Shown here: positions 22,406 to 33,923 of the stretch, one piece after another
Numbering within the stretch: position 1 is the stretch's first letter
Layout of the letters: every line of letters begins with the position of its first letter
Assembly (NCBI GenBank): GCA_039621445.1
Contig: CP154954.1
Location: 12,332,716 to 12,396,715, forward strand
Length of the DNA: 64,000 nucleotides
Direction of reading: 5' to 3'
From: Euglena gracilis
Taxonomy: Eukaryota
Translations under genes and position numbers: made by a program
The notes under the pieces: generated by a model
Told to the model about the DNA's origin: nothing
Databases searched by the model: none
What the model saw: only the letters and a program-made list of their open reading frames with translations

Positions 22406-23870
22406 TTATGAGTTCAAGATCATACGATCTGTGGCTCTTTCGGCCAACCGCAGCTGCCGTGCAACTGCACGGGTCAGGGTGATGGCCAGGTTTTCGGTCA
22501 ATTCCTGAAGTTTTCGTTGTTTGGCTGTTCCAGAATATGAATTGGTCGCGAGGCGTAAGACATCGCGTAGCAGTTTGGAGGCTGCCGGTCCTGTGCAACC
22601 CCAGGGGTTAAATGCAGCCCCGATGTACTCCCACTGGTGGCGGGCGCACCGTTCTTCAGCTTGTGTTCTCTTGTGCATTTCAGCGTCTGGTAAAGTGCGC
22701 TGAACTCGGGTCAAGTTCAGAGGCCACCGTGATGGGGCCAGCGGGTGTTCAATGGTGACATCCACAGCGAGATGCTTCCCTTTGTTCCACCCCAGGAGAA
22801 GGAGATCAGCGTCACGGGTGCCACCCTCGCATCCCTGTTCTTTGCGAAGAGTGATGCCGGAGCGCTGGCACAGGTCAAAAATGGCGTCACGAACACAGTT
22901 GTGCCTTTCTGTTATGCCATTCCTTCTGCAAGCCAGGAGGTGATCGCCAAATGGATCGACTGCCTCAGCACACAGGGGGCACAGGAGCATGTCCGTTGTT
23001 GGGATCAGGGGTAAGCCAGTCCAGAAGCGTAGAAGCAGTCTGTATTCGTCCGGAGCCAGGACGGTATTCACCGACCTGGATGGTAAGACGGTCATCCAAT
23101 TTTGAAGGAAGGCAGAGGATTGGCAACGAAGCCTGGCAATGTCCCGAAGAGGTGCACCCTCCTCCAAAGTTGCCACGCGCACGGCGTGGAAACGTTCGGC
23201 CCACCACGATTGAGTGGAGTGATCTGGGGTGGAACAGGCCAAGGAAGAAGGGTTGGCGATCCAGGAAGCCAATGGTTCGCTGTGTGGGCCCAAAGTGTCA
23301 CGAGCCAGTTTGGCGACGGGGATGGTATCTGGTAGCGGGAGCAAGCGCCAGGGCGGAGGGATATTGAAGCCTGGCGCTCGTTGGGAAAAACCCACGCAAG
23401 CAGCCAAACGGGCAGCTGGTCTTTCCAACTGGGGGTCTGTGATGCCCCACCCTGTCTTATTGCACGGCAAGGTGATTTGTTTCCAATGCAAGGCAGACAG
23501 GGGTGCCCCCACAATGTCACAGGCAGCGCTCCGGATGGAGTCGGAGATCACTTGCACACTGTGAGTCCCGGAGGAAATGTTGGTCTGACGCAGAAGGTGC
23601 GTGACGCGGCAGCCATCCAGACAGTTGCGCAGCAAACAATGTTGGAGTTGAGGATCCGGCAGTTGTTGGAGGCGCGAGATGGTAGCTTGAAATTTTTCGG
23701 ATGCCTTGGCCCACGTGGTGTCAGAAAAGGTGCAGTCACCAGGATAGTCGCAGGGTACCCCTAGGCACAGGATGCCACTGCCCGGTCCCCATGGGGTGAC
23801 CGGGAAGTTTTGTGCAAGGTGGTCGGGAGGCAGGATCTGAAGAGCCGCGGGTTCGGAGTGGCACATGGTA
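22406..23870 (-). CDS. C-terminal part of the polyprotein: RT thumb, CCHC knuckle and restriction-like endonuclease
   Basis: THLLR; QITLP..TGWGI; CPLCAEAVDPFGDHLLAC; RHN motif (ERHNCVRD); RDADLL...AVDVTI (PD..D-type catalytic motif). Confidence 0.9.
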
Positions 23871-25350
23871 CACCTGGTCCCCACAAGGCACACTTAGAGG
23901 GGTTGAGGTGGAGCCCAACGCTGCCAAGTGCCGTGGCCAGAGAAGCCGTAAAAGGCAGAACATCAATGGCAGGGCCGATGACAGTGCCGTCGTCCAAGTA
24001 CCATGCCTGCCACACCGTGTTGGGCAAATTGGCCGAAGCCTGTTGCAGCGCCTGATGGAGACCCAAGGCAAAGGCAATGGGCCCACATGTGTCCCCTTGA
24101 TGGACACCGGTCCTGCTGTGACACAGCACGTCACCCTGGCACAAAAGTGGGACGTCTTCTCCGTAGGAGAATCGGAGCCAGTTATAAAGGGACGGGCAGA
24201 GGTCCAGGGATGCCTGCAGGAACGCGGATCGATCAATGGTGTTGAAGGCGTTGGAAACGTCGGCCTGGAAAACCACCCAATCGCCATCCACTGGCAGAGA
24301 CGCCAGTGCGGCCTGTACCGCCAACCCGACTGTCTCCGCTCCGTAGCGCACCCCCACTCCCAATTGCTGCGGGAACAGCTGAGACGTTTCCGCTTTGCAC
24401 TGCGGGTGTCGCAACAGCATTTTCCCAATGAAGCGCCGCAGGCAATCCCCCACGGCGATCGGCCGTAGACCGCCATCCTTTTTGGTAAGTGGGATCAGGT
24501 TTGACGTACCAAAGATGATCGAGGCTTTTGCTGGCAGAGAGCCCTCCCAGGCCTTCTGAGCCAAGGACCCCAAGGCTGTGTGCAGCGGGCCTGTCCCGGC
24601 CTCACGGTCCAACAAGTCCCGAAGGTGTTGAGGACGGAGACCAGATGGGCCAGGGGCGCTGCCACGGGGGAAAGAGGCTGCAGCTTCTTGCACAATTGAA
24701 GACCAGATAAAGTCATTAGTCTGTGGCGTATTGCCTGCCCCAGGTAGCGGCAAACTGGCTCGTAATGGAGACCCCTGTGGATGGAGCGAAAGGAGCTTCT
24801 GCATCACTGCTGAATCCCCAGGCGATGCCAGGGGCAAAGAGGTGAGAGCGTCCACGGCCTTGCCGAGGGCCCCTTCTTCAACGAGTCCGCGCACCCGGTC
24901 CATAAGGCCACGTGACACAGAATCAGAAGTAGAGCCAGAGGGGTTGGCGCGGGTGGTGGGCCGCTTTCGCCGTCTGTCAGAGCGAAGCGGATCAAACAAA
25001 GCGGCAAACTCTCCTGCGTGCCACTGTGCCAGTCTCTTTTCCAGGAGGCAATGCAATGTGTGTTGATGGGAAGACGAGGTTTTGGGAGGGGCACCAAGAA
25101 CGAGTTTCGGAAAAATGAACAGGCGGGGTAGAGCTTCCCAGGTTTGGGCTTGGAGAAAGGTCTGAATGGAGGATGCAAGGGCGTCACAAATGGCGTGACG
25201 ACTTGATACTGGGATACGGCGAAGAGTGGGGCAGTTGGTGGAGAGAACCACCTGCAGCTCGGGCTGCAAATCTGGGCACGGGAGAGACAGGGGAGTGCCA
25301 ATCCCGACGGGTTGGTGCGGTGAAGGGGAAGTGGGACGGAGGGGTGTGGA
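23870..25350 (-). CDS. Reverse transcriptase (CRE-type)
   Basis: SAPGPSGLR; LIPLTKKDGGLRPIAVGD; QQLGVG..GAE; DVSNAFN; GVHQGD..GP..F; WYLDDG (YLDD at 23989-24000); GLHLNPSKC. Confidence 0.96.
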
Positions 25351-25766
25351 GAAGCGTGGACGGCCGAGGCACCCTGGTGGGGGCATTGGCAACGTTCTCT
25401 TGCCCGTAGCAAGGTCCGACAGACGGCGCAAGTCGTGGTCGCAGTAGCTCGCAGAAATTCGGGGGGGGGGGATCGTCCGGCGGCGACGTGTTGAGAGACG
25501 TGAGATAGGACCTGAGAGCGAGTCATGGTTGTCCGCGAGCGTGGGCAATCTGCAAAGGGGCAGGTGTCATGGGAGGCAAAGGAAAACCCCGGACCAGGGT
25601 CGGACGGTAGGCCGGGATGCAGCGTCGTTGCTGCTGGGGAGGATGGTGCGGGGGACAGGGAGGCCAACGCCATTTCTTGAGACAGACCGGTGTGGGGTAT
25701 AGAGGGTGTGGAGGCTTGTGACTCCCGATTGTGGCGTGTCTTTTTGGCGGAGTCCCGATTGGTGTT

Positions 25767-25830
25767 GGGCCCCGGATTACTCTCGATGTCGCCGCAGGAG
25801 AGCAGGGCGAAACCTCTGCCAGAGCGCAGA
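25767..25830 (-). other. 2A/StopGo ribosome-skipping peptide ...GRGFALLSCGDIESNPG/P
   Basis: Exact D(V/I)ExNPGP motif preceded by LLxCG, in frame in ORF 24804..28073. Confidence 0.9.
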
Positions 25831-26219
25831 AGGGCAGTTAGGGAGGAAAAGGGTGGCAGCCAGCGTTCCTGAGCGGAGGTGGGGAAGCGGAAGGCGCACC
25901 GAGTGGGCGCCGGACGTGGCGGAACTGTTGCCCGGGATGGTAGTACGGACGAGCAAAACCAAGGCCAATGCCACTCCTTACAAGAGCAGCATTGTATTGG
26001 CGGTGGGAAGCGGGTGTCCCAAAGTGTGTGCTGATGGAAGACGAAAAGGCGTTCCCGGAAGGCCAGCACCGGGGATGAGGTGTGTCGTTGTATCCATTTG
26101 AAAGACTTGTGCCAGTCCACCAGGGATTCAGGGAAAATTGGAGGCTGCGGGAGTGAGGAGGGGGGCAGCGTGAGGGAGGATGGGGAGGGGCACAAGCGTG
26201 ATGATGTGGGAGGCTGGTG

Positions 26220-26609
26220 GATGAGGAGAATGATGGTTTGCCACCGGGGCGGAGGGAGAGGATGAATACCGAAACGTCGATAAATAGAGACGGGAGGAAG
26301 GAGCATGGAAGCCGATGCCAAGGCAAGGAAGTCATGTCGCGCAGGGTGATCGGAGGGGCAGACAAGGAACAGATGGCCTCCTTCCGTCTGAAGTTTGCGG
26401 AGGACGAGAGGAAGAAGCGAAAACGGAGGGTTGGCCCAAATAGGCTGCGGCCTGCTCCAATCTTGGAGAAATGCGTTCTGGTGTTTATCCCAGAAGGCTG
26501 GGCATTGGCTGTTGTGCGGCGCCGCAAAGGCGTCAATAATAGGGAGAGAAGTAGGTGAGAGCGTGTGGACGGCGACACGAAACCAGCCGGGCTCGAGCAT
26601 GTAGTCATC
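26220..26609 (-). CDS. Amino (probably N6-adenine) DNA methyltransferase domain, phage Dam/DIRS-type
   Basis: DYML...IDAFA..HN.QC..FW....NAFLQDWS....WANPPFSL...VL.KL..EG..L.LV.P; motif I-like IDAFA and catalytic NPPF at 26421-26432. Confidence 0.85.
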
Positions 26610-28760
26610 CGCGAGAGGCAGTCCGGTGTCGGGGGCTCCCGCTGGGAGAAGGGAGGAATTTGGGCGGGTTGGGCCTGCTTGGCTTGAGCGGCCCACTGGT
26701 GGTGGACACGCAGGGGGATGGTACGGCGGTATCAAAAGATACCCCTGCCCTGGCGTGGGAACCACCGGGGTTTTAGCGGAGGGGTGGGCGCCCGGACGAA
26801 TTTGGGCAATATCCGGCAGAGCGGGTTGGTCTTCTGGGCTCACAGAGGCGGAAGGCAGGCTGGTGGGGGGGGTAGACAGGTGTTCCGTGGTGCAGCTAGA
26901 AGTGTGAGCAGAGAGAAGGAGGAGAGTGTTCCGAAGGGACGAGGTCTGTGTTATTTTTTGCAAACAGAGCGTGCAGACGAAAAACCTCCCCTCCGTAGGG
27001 CGGAAGAGAAAGTTGCACCAGCGGCGCAGCCAGATTTGTGCGGCCACAAAATTCCTGCTCCGAGCGTACTTTCTTTTCCGCAGGCAGATGGTCCGAAAAC
27101 GTGCGGATTGGCTGCGCCAATGGCTCAAGTACACCCCTTTGGGTACAGCTGGCTGAGTGGCCGCCCACTGTCGCAATGAAGCGGCGGTGAGGGCAACGCG
27201 CCGGCCGTTGAAGGACATCGCCCCGTAAAGATCCTCCCCCCCATTGGATGAGACATTGCCAGGCGAAAACAAGACCATGGGGGACTGTTCCTGGTCACCT
27301 GATGAGGGACGGTCCGAGAGGGATGGAGGCCCCAGATAGCTTGTGGGGAAGCCATCCGGGTCCCCATCCGCCCCCCCGGGCCCCGAGGCTGAGGGGGCAG
27401 CGCACGGAAGGGGGAGGGGCAGGACAGGGGGCAGGGCAGGCGTTCGCCCGAAGGCCAGGGCTGGGCCAGCAACCGGGGGGAGGGCGGAAGCTTGCACCGA
27501 AAAAACCGTGCAGTCCGCCGAGCCCTGGCCTTCCCACAGCAGTGCCTGCTGCAGGGCCGGGGGAAGGCGCTGCCAAGTCTGTATGGGGATGGGCCCATAC
27601 CGGCTCGGCAGAGCCATCCCAGACCAGCTGCGGGGCACCACCACCTTGATCTGGGGCCCCCCGGCCCCAGGTGTGGTGGAGGAGGGGGGGGGGCAGGGCA
27701 GGAGGGAGGCCAGGGGGGGGAGGGGGCAGCGGAAAACCAGAAAACTGTGGGAGAGGGGGCTGTGGGGGGGTGAGGTCTCCAAAGCCTTTTTTGTGGGTGT
27801 CAACATTTTTGGGAACAGGACCACTGGGAGAGCCAATAGCAGGGGCAAGTATGTATACTGAATTGTGGCTGTCTGAAACATTTGCTGCAGAAACATTTGC
27901 TGCAGAACCCTTCTGTCCAACATTTGTGCACTGAGGATTGGGGCTACCAGAAACATTTGCTGCGGAAACATTTGTTGCAGAAACATTTGCTGCTGAACCC
28001 CTCTGTCCAACATTTGTGCACTGAGGATTGGGGCTGCCAGAAACATTTGCTGCAAAACCCCTTTGTCCAACATTCAACACTTGTCCAACAGTCCTCGATT
28101 TGAAATGCTTCCCAATGAACCCCACCCCAGACACAGGCACAACAGGGGCAAGGGAAGCCACTGGGGGGGCACTGTGACCAGTTTGTGGGGGGGGGGGGCT
28201 GTGTGTCACACTGGGGGGGCCAGATCCCAGCAAATCAGACACAGGGTGGGTGGGAGAGGGGGTGATTGGGCTCACAGGGGGGGGGGAAGAACACATTGAA
28301 CCAGGGGTGGGGGCAGATTGGGGGAAGAGGGGGCAGGGGGAGCAACGTGCCAACCAGCCAAAGCTGGAATCTGGTCAATGGGGGGCTGTGACACAGGTGA
28401 AGGGGGGTGGGGGGCTGTTGCTGTAGCAGGGGGCGTCGTTAGGCGGAGCAGTTGTTCTCGAAGTGCAGCCTCCTCAGCTTTTTGTTTCTTCTCCTGTGCC
28501 TTCATTCTGGCTTGCAATTGCTTCAGCTCCACATGTAAATTGAAGATAGTTCGATGTCGTTTGTCAGGCCGCTTGCTTTTGCCCTTCAGCACTGCTCTGG
28601 TCTGCTCCTCTGGCTGCTTTGGAGGGGGCATTGGTACCTCGTTGACACTCTGTACTGAAGCCGGACTGAGGGTAATGTCCATCGGGTCTTCGACATCATC
28701 CACAGTAATCTCATCCGGGATATCTTCAGACCCCACCAGGGGCTTTGCATTGTCCGACAT
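26610..28760 (-). CDS. N-terminal part of the retroelement polyprotein: coiled coil, Pro-rich and repeat region, C2HC-like Zn finger; two frame breaks at G/C homopolymers
   Basis: ATG at 28760, 10 nt after the SL; ELKQLQARMKAQEKKQKAEEAALREQLLRL coiled coil; AANVS/PNPQCTNVGQ repeats at 27875-28075; CTLC...H...C near 26890-26975. Confidence 0.65.
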
Positions 28761-28770
28761 GATATGCGAA

Positions 28771-28795
28771 CGAAAAAAAATAGACACTCAGAAAG
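28771..28795 (-). other. Euglena-type spliced-leader exon sequence
   Basis: Minus strand reads CTTTCTGAGTGTCTATTTTTTTTCG, identical to nt 2-26 of the Euglena SL exon ACTTTCTGAGTGTCTATTTTTTTTCG. Confidence 0.93.
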
Positions 28796-31739
28796 GTTCA
28801 CCAGGGTTCACATTTAGGATTTGCGTACTAAGGGTGTTTCCTAACTTTCATGAACGGAAAATGAAAGGTTTCACAGATTTTATCTTTCTTTCAGAGCAGT
28901 TTTCATGAATTGAACAACCCTAGCCCTGTATATAGCCTTACTCCCCCAAACACTTCAAATCCCGCTGGGGAGACCAACCTAGCCCTAACTAAGTTGGAAA
29001 GTTACGCTGCTGTCATTTGCCAAGTTTCGCGAAGCCTCAACCAACCCCCATGCCCTGAATTGTTTGTTTTGTTTGACATCATCTGCATTTTCTTTTTAAA
29101 AAAAAATACAGATCTCTGACCTTCCACCTCTAGTCCACTTCATCAATTCTGCCCATGCCCCCCAACATCCAGGGACAACGGGATGCCCCTGTGCCTCCCA
29201 TGTGTGAGCAGCAAAGGCAATGACCTGGGGCTGATGCCGCCAAGGCTCACGCCCCCAGCGAGCCTGGGCGAGTCTCCCTGCTCCCCCCCCCCGAGGGCAG
29301 CTCCGACGCTCCGACGCCCCCAAAGCACAAGCAGGCTGGCCCACACGTCATCGGCGTTTGCGCTGGGCTGTGATCCGAGGGAGTCGCCGCCAAGGATCTC
29401 TCCCTCGGTGAGCCCGGGCGGGCCTGTCCCTCCCCATGGTGCTGCCGCAGTCCCCACTGCCGGCCATTCCCACTTCCCTTCCCCGAGGTGCACCCGCCGT
29501 GTCAGTGCTCCCCCCTCATCCCTAGCACCAGCCCACAGTCGGCCTCACCATCGCCACCTATTCCATCCCTCCCCCATCTTCACCGTCCATAGCGGGGGGT
29601 AGATCTGGCCTGGGGGGGGGGGGGGCTAGGGTGCCAACCCTAGGGTCAGCCCACGGTCGCCAAAGGTCGCCAAAGGTCGCCCAAGGTGGCGTCCGGGAGA
29701 CCCCCCTAGTGGGCCGACCCTAGGGTCGCCGGCTTAGGGTCGACTTAGGGTCGGGGGTCGTTAGAGTCGACACCCCTCCCCCCCCCCCCGGTTACCGGAT
29801 CTGGGCGGGGGGGGGGTGGGTGGTAGTGGGCCGACCCTAGGGTCGGCCCACGGTCACGAAAGGTCGCCAAAGTGAGCCACAAAAACAACTTACCATGCCC
29901 CCCCATGTAAGACCCCCCCATACCCTTCCAATAAGTTCACTTACAAACTTCATCTCTCTTGATAACATAAACTTGATAAACACATCCTTGTAACTTGAAT
30001 CCCTCTAGATTTCACTTCTCAGACATCTGATGCAAAAAAAAAAAGATTCTTCACCAGGGCACGTTGCGTACCTGTGGAAGAGAAAAATAAGGAATGGCGG
30101 ATTGTTCGCGATTTGGTTATAGCGCGGGGTTTATTAACGCGGGGTTTATTAGCGCGCTTCGGCCGTGGAGCGCGCGGTAATACAGCGCGCCTAAAATGGC
30201 CGCGTTTAAGCCCGAGCGGGAATTACCCACCCGCGGTAATTGTCGGTCCCCGGTATAAGACACTCCCCTGGCCGGCCTTCGACCGGCCCTTTGGCCGGGA
30301 CCGACCCCCCCCCCCCCATATAAGACCCCCCCCCCAAAGGTGTAGAAGTGGGGGGTCGGGGGGGGGGGGGGGCGGGGGACGGCCGCCCCCCCCCCGAGAT
30401 TTTGGGAAGAAAATTTTTTGAAAAGTGTGTGATTCACTCATCACATTGTTCGTGCTTTTTTCAATTTCTCACTCTGAGAACTCAACTTTTCATTGTACTT
30501 TTGGGTGTTTTGCTGTTGGACATCGCTACCGTCTCGCCGCCCTTAGGGCGGGCAAAGACGTCCTGAACTCATGGCTCGGAAGAGGCGAAAATCTCGGCAA
30601 CAGGAAAACATGCATCTCCAAAGCACTTTTTTTTTCTTCAAGAGCACACAGTTTTTGTTGACAAGTTTGGCTCTTTTTGAGGAAGGTTTTTGGATTACCG
30701 TCAGCCGCCCTTTCGGCGGCAATATATTTTTTTGTTCTGACACAAATCCTAAAACACAAAAAGACGTCACCGTTGTTGGGCGGCTCTCCCAAATTGTGAT
30801 GGATTGGTGGCATAATGTAAAAATGGCTGCCGTTTAGCCGCCCTTCGGGCGGCTTGAAAGCTTCCAAGTTGTGATGGATCGGTGACACAACGTCAAAAAT
30901 TGCCACGATTATTTTTGTTACATTCAACGCCATCTTTTTTTTAAAAAAAGCACTACCGTTATGCCGCCCTTCGGGCGGCTTGAAAGCTTCCAAGCAGACC
31001 TCCATTTAGAATGTATCACCAAAAATTTTTTTTACGTATCGCACGTATCACAGCCTAAAAATTAATGTATCACATATGTATCACCAAATTTTTTTTACTG
31101 TATCACATATATGTATCACCAAATTACTGTATTACTGTATCATATATATGTATATATGTATCACCAAATATATTTTAATGTATCGCATATGTATCACCAA
31201 TTTTTTTAGATTTTTTACATTTTTACATTGAATGTTTTTCCCCTTTCTGTTCCGCTTTTCATCCTTGTTTCTTTGCCTCTCTGCAGACAAATGGAACACT
31301 TTTCTTGTGATAATGCTTTGGAGGACAGCTACGCGGAGCTGTGCAACGTGGAGGACGAGGGCATCCCCGATTCGCCTCCTGGAGAGGGTTTTTTCATCAG
31401 AATCTGCCCCCCCCCAGAAAAAAAATTGAATGTGCCCACCTTGGCCTTTGACAGGCATGAAATTCTCTTTTGATGAGGTGCACAAGAAACTCAGAGAACT
31501 GCCCAGTGCAGTGCTGTCGACGAGGCAACATCGTCCTTTGATGGAATTTCTGTTTCCAATTCGAGTGGGGATTCCATCACAGAAAGTAGTCTTTCCGCTT
31601 CTTCCGAAGAGAGTGGGGCGCAGTGGGACCTCGAATCCTCTACAGAATCATCCTCGTGGCATCAGTCGGGGTTGAGGAGGTTCCAAGAGAGATGGCAATT
31701 GGAGGTCGTTTCAACACGGAAGGAAGAAAGTGATCACTC

Positions 31740-31905
31740 TTGTCCATGGTTTGAGGAGTTGTTGTCTCAAAATCCTGTCTTCCGTCGTTTTGAAGGTTCC
31801 CTTCGGAAGGAGGGTTTTGACAGCAAGGAAACTTTTGGATTCTTCACAATTGAGGACATGGCACGCATGGCAATTCCAGCGGGGGTGAGGCGTCTTATAG
31901 AAGAC
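31740..31905 (+). pseudogene. SAM (sterile alpha motif)-like coding fragment
   Basis: WFEELL...FEGSLRKEGFDSKETFGFFTIEDMARMAIPAGVRRLI resembles SAM helices 2-5. Confidence 0.45.
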
Positions 31906-32075
31906 GAGAAGGGTCAGTTGGCAGCTTCATCCAGCACAGTGGAGAAGATTTCGTTCCATTATTCTCTCATCCTGTCCAATTTTTTTTGAAAAATAGCAGC
32001 TGAGAAGTTGCTTACAAAAAAAAACAAAAAAATATGGCAGCCGGGGACCCGCCCAAAAACAAAACCCTGTGCATG

Positions 32076-33923
32076 GGAGCTGGGGTCCCCACGGCCAGCC
32101 AGACCTCCTCCTCCTCTTTTTTCACCAGCCACCAGCCAGACCTCCTCCTCCTCTTTTCTCCCAGCCACCAGCCACAGCCTCCTCTTTTTTTAGTGGCTTC
32201 AAAAATTATATAGGGCGAAGACCGCACGACGCAACCTCCTCGGTTTTTATTACGCTCGACGGCTGCGCTCGCCAGGTTTAATCACAACATCCACCCAGGC
32301 GGATGAATCAACAGCGACCAGCAGTAACCGGGGTCCACGGCACCAGAAGTGCTGCGCAAGACGAGACTATTTATTTTTCGGGTGGATGAACATTTCTTCG
32401 ACATTTTTGACGGCAGCACCATATGACTGCGCCGGAAGAACCGGAAGGGGGGGCAGTCGACCCCCCCCCCCCACACCCACCACAACATTTTCACCAATTT
32501 CGGGGAAACGGGGATTTTGGCCAGGAAAGTTTTTTGAAAAATAAAACCCAAAAACACGTGATTCTTGAAGGGAAAAAACTTTTTTTCACAAAAAATCTCA
32601 AAATTTTCCGTCCTAAAAACTCATACTTTTGAGGAGGGGGGGGGGTGAAATAAACGAAGGTCAAAAAAGTAAACAAACTTTTGGCACAGTCAAACTTTAC
32701 TGACATTTTTCTCGTTGAAAAACACATATTTTGCCAAAAAAAATGCAAACAAAATGCTTTTCTGCCCCCCCTTTCCAAGAGAATGGCACCCAAACAACTC
32801 CTTCCTGAGAGAATCCTGTGGCCCAAAAGCTGGCCACCACATCTAGCCCAAAACTGGCCAGAACATGTGGCCCAAAACTGGCCAGCACATCTGGCCCCCA
32901 AAAAAAACCATGACATTGCACAAAATGTGAAATGCAAAATTTTGGGTCGTTTGCCAGATTGAAAAACTTCTCCCCCAATTTTTTGGCTTCCAAGAACATT
33001 TGTTGAACAGCAAATAAAGAACGCAAGGAACAGAAATGGCAGTTTCAGACGAAAACCAGCATCTAAGGACAAAATGTCTGTGAAATCTGTCTTCAGGTAG
33101 AAGTACCAAGCAGAAAACAAGTAGACCCACCAAGGGCCTGTCACCGTGTTGCAGGCAGGCCTCTGCTCGATCGAATGTGTATGTGTTCAGAGCAAAGGCC
33201 TGAGTGGCCTGCATGTGGTGATGTTGGCCCTCTTTCCACAAAGCAATAAGTTCCTGTATTTTCACTTCATTTCAGCACCCTGTACTTTCATCATAACCAT
33301 CCCACGCCGCTTCCACACGAAATGGCATTGTGACACCGAAGGAGAAGGATTGGGAATGCAAGCATTTCTTTGCGTGTAGGTGATTCATAATTTCTTCAAA
33401 AAAAACATGTGCTTCGGTCTTTGATGTGCCCCCATGCACCAAATTAACTAGAACAGAAATTTGCATACTACAACATTCAAAATGTGGTATTTTTTCAAGA
33501 TGTGTTCTCTCCCGAACTTTCTTCCGCTTCGCTTCATTTCATGGACTGGTCCTTTTTCTCTTTTGGTATTCCGAAGTGTATCGTGCACACAGTATAATTG
33601 GTGCAAGATGCAGTTCGGAACTGTGAGGTCGCGGGTTCAAACCCCGCTGTGTGCAAGTTTTCGTCATTGGAAAATCTTTTTTGTAAAGAGCACCCAGAAT
33701 TAGGACTTACCCAGTTCGCCACAAGAACTGAAAAAATTTTCCACCGCGGCCAGCCAGACCTCCTCCTCCTCTTTCCAATCCTCAACCCAGAATCCAGCCA
33801 GACCTCCTCCTCCTCTAAATCCCCCAGCCAGCCGTGGCTGGCCATGGCTGGCCAGACCTCCTCCTTTTTTTTTGCCAGCCAGCCAGCCGCGGCTAGCCGC
33901 GGCTAGCCAGATACCCCAGCTCC
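32076..33923. mobile_element. GGAGCTGGGGT-TIR family, copy 2
   Basis: Same 11-bp TIR as copy 1; 3-bp TSD ATG; same subterminal and 21-bp repeats as 6778-8164. Confidence 0.88.
33585..33655 (+). tRNA. tRNA-like sequence (CGG in the anticodon position, Pro-like), probably a pseudo-tRNA or SINE head
   Basis: Acceptor stem GCACACA/TGTGTGC; T arm GCGGG-TTCAAAC-CCCGC; anticodon arm TGCAG-TTCGGAA-CTGTG; A-box-like AGTATAATTGG; D arm short and irregular. Confidence 0.55.

Larger units (their letters stand above)
21770..28795 (-). mobile_element. CRE-clade non-LTR retrotransposon with 5' SL exon, methyltransferase, 2A, RT and RLE (3' boundary uncertain)
   Basis: Collinear minus-strand ORFs 28272..28787, 27295..28353, 24804..28073, 23761..25548 and 22406..23893; RT and RLE motifs typical of CRE/SLACS-like elements. 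Confidence 0.9.

Noticed and set aside
27298-27325. Hammerhead ribozyme core (CTGATGA...; also GGCCGAAAGG near 51655)
   Set aside because: The required GAAA core and stems I/III are missing.
28771-29120. Functional SL RNA gene or SL-5S repeat
   Set aside because: The SL exon is followed by TTCGC rather than a GT donor and intron, and no 5S rRNA sequence was recognised nearby.
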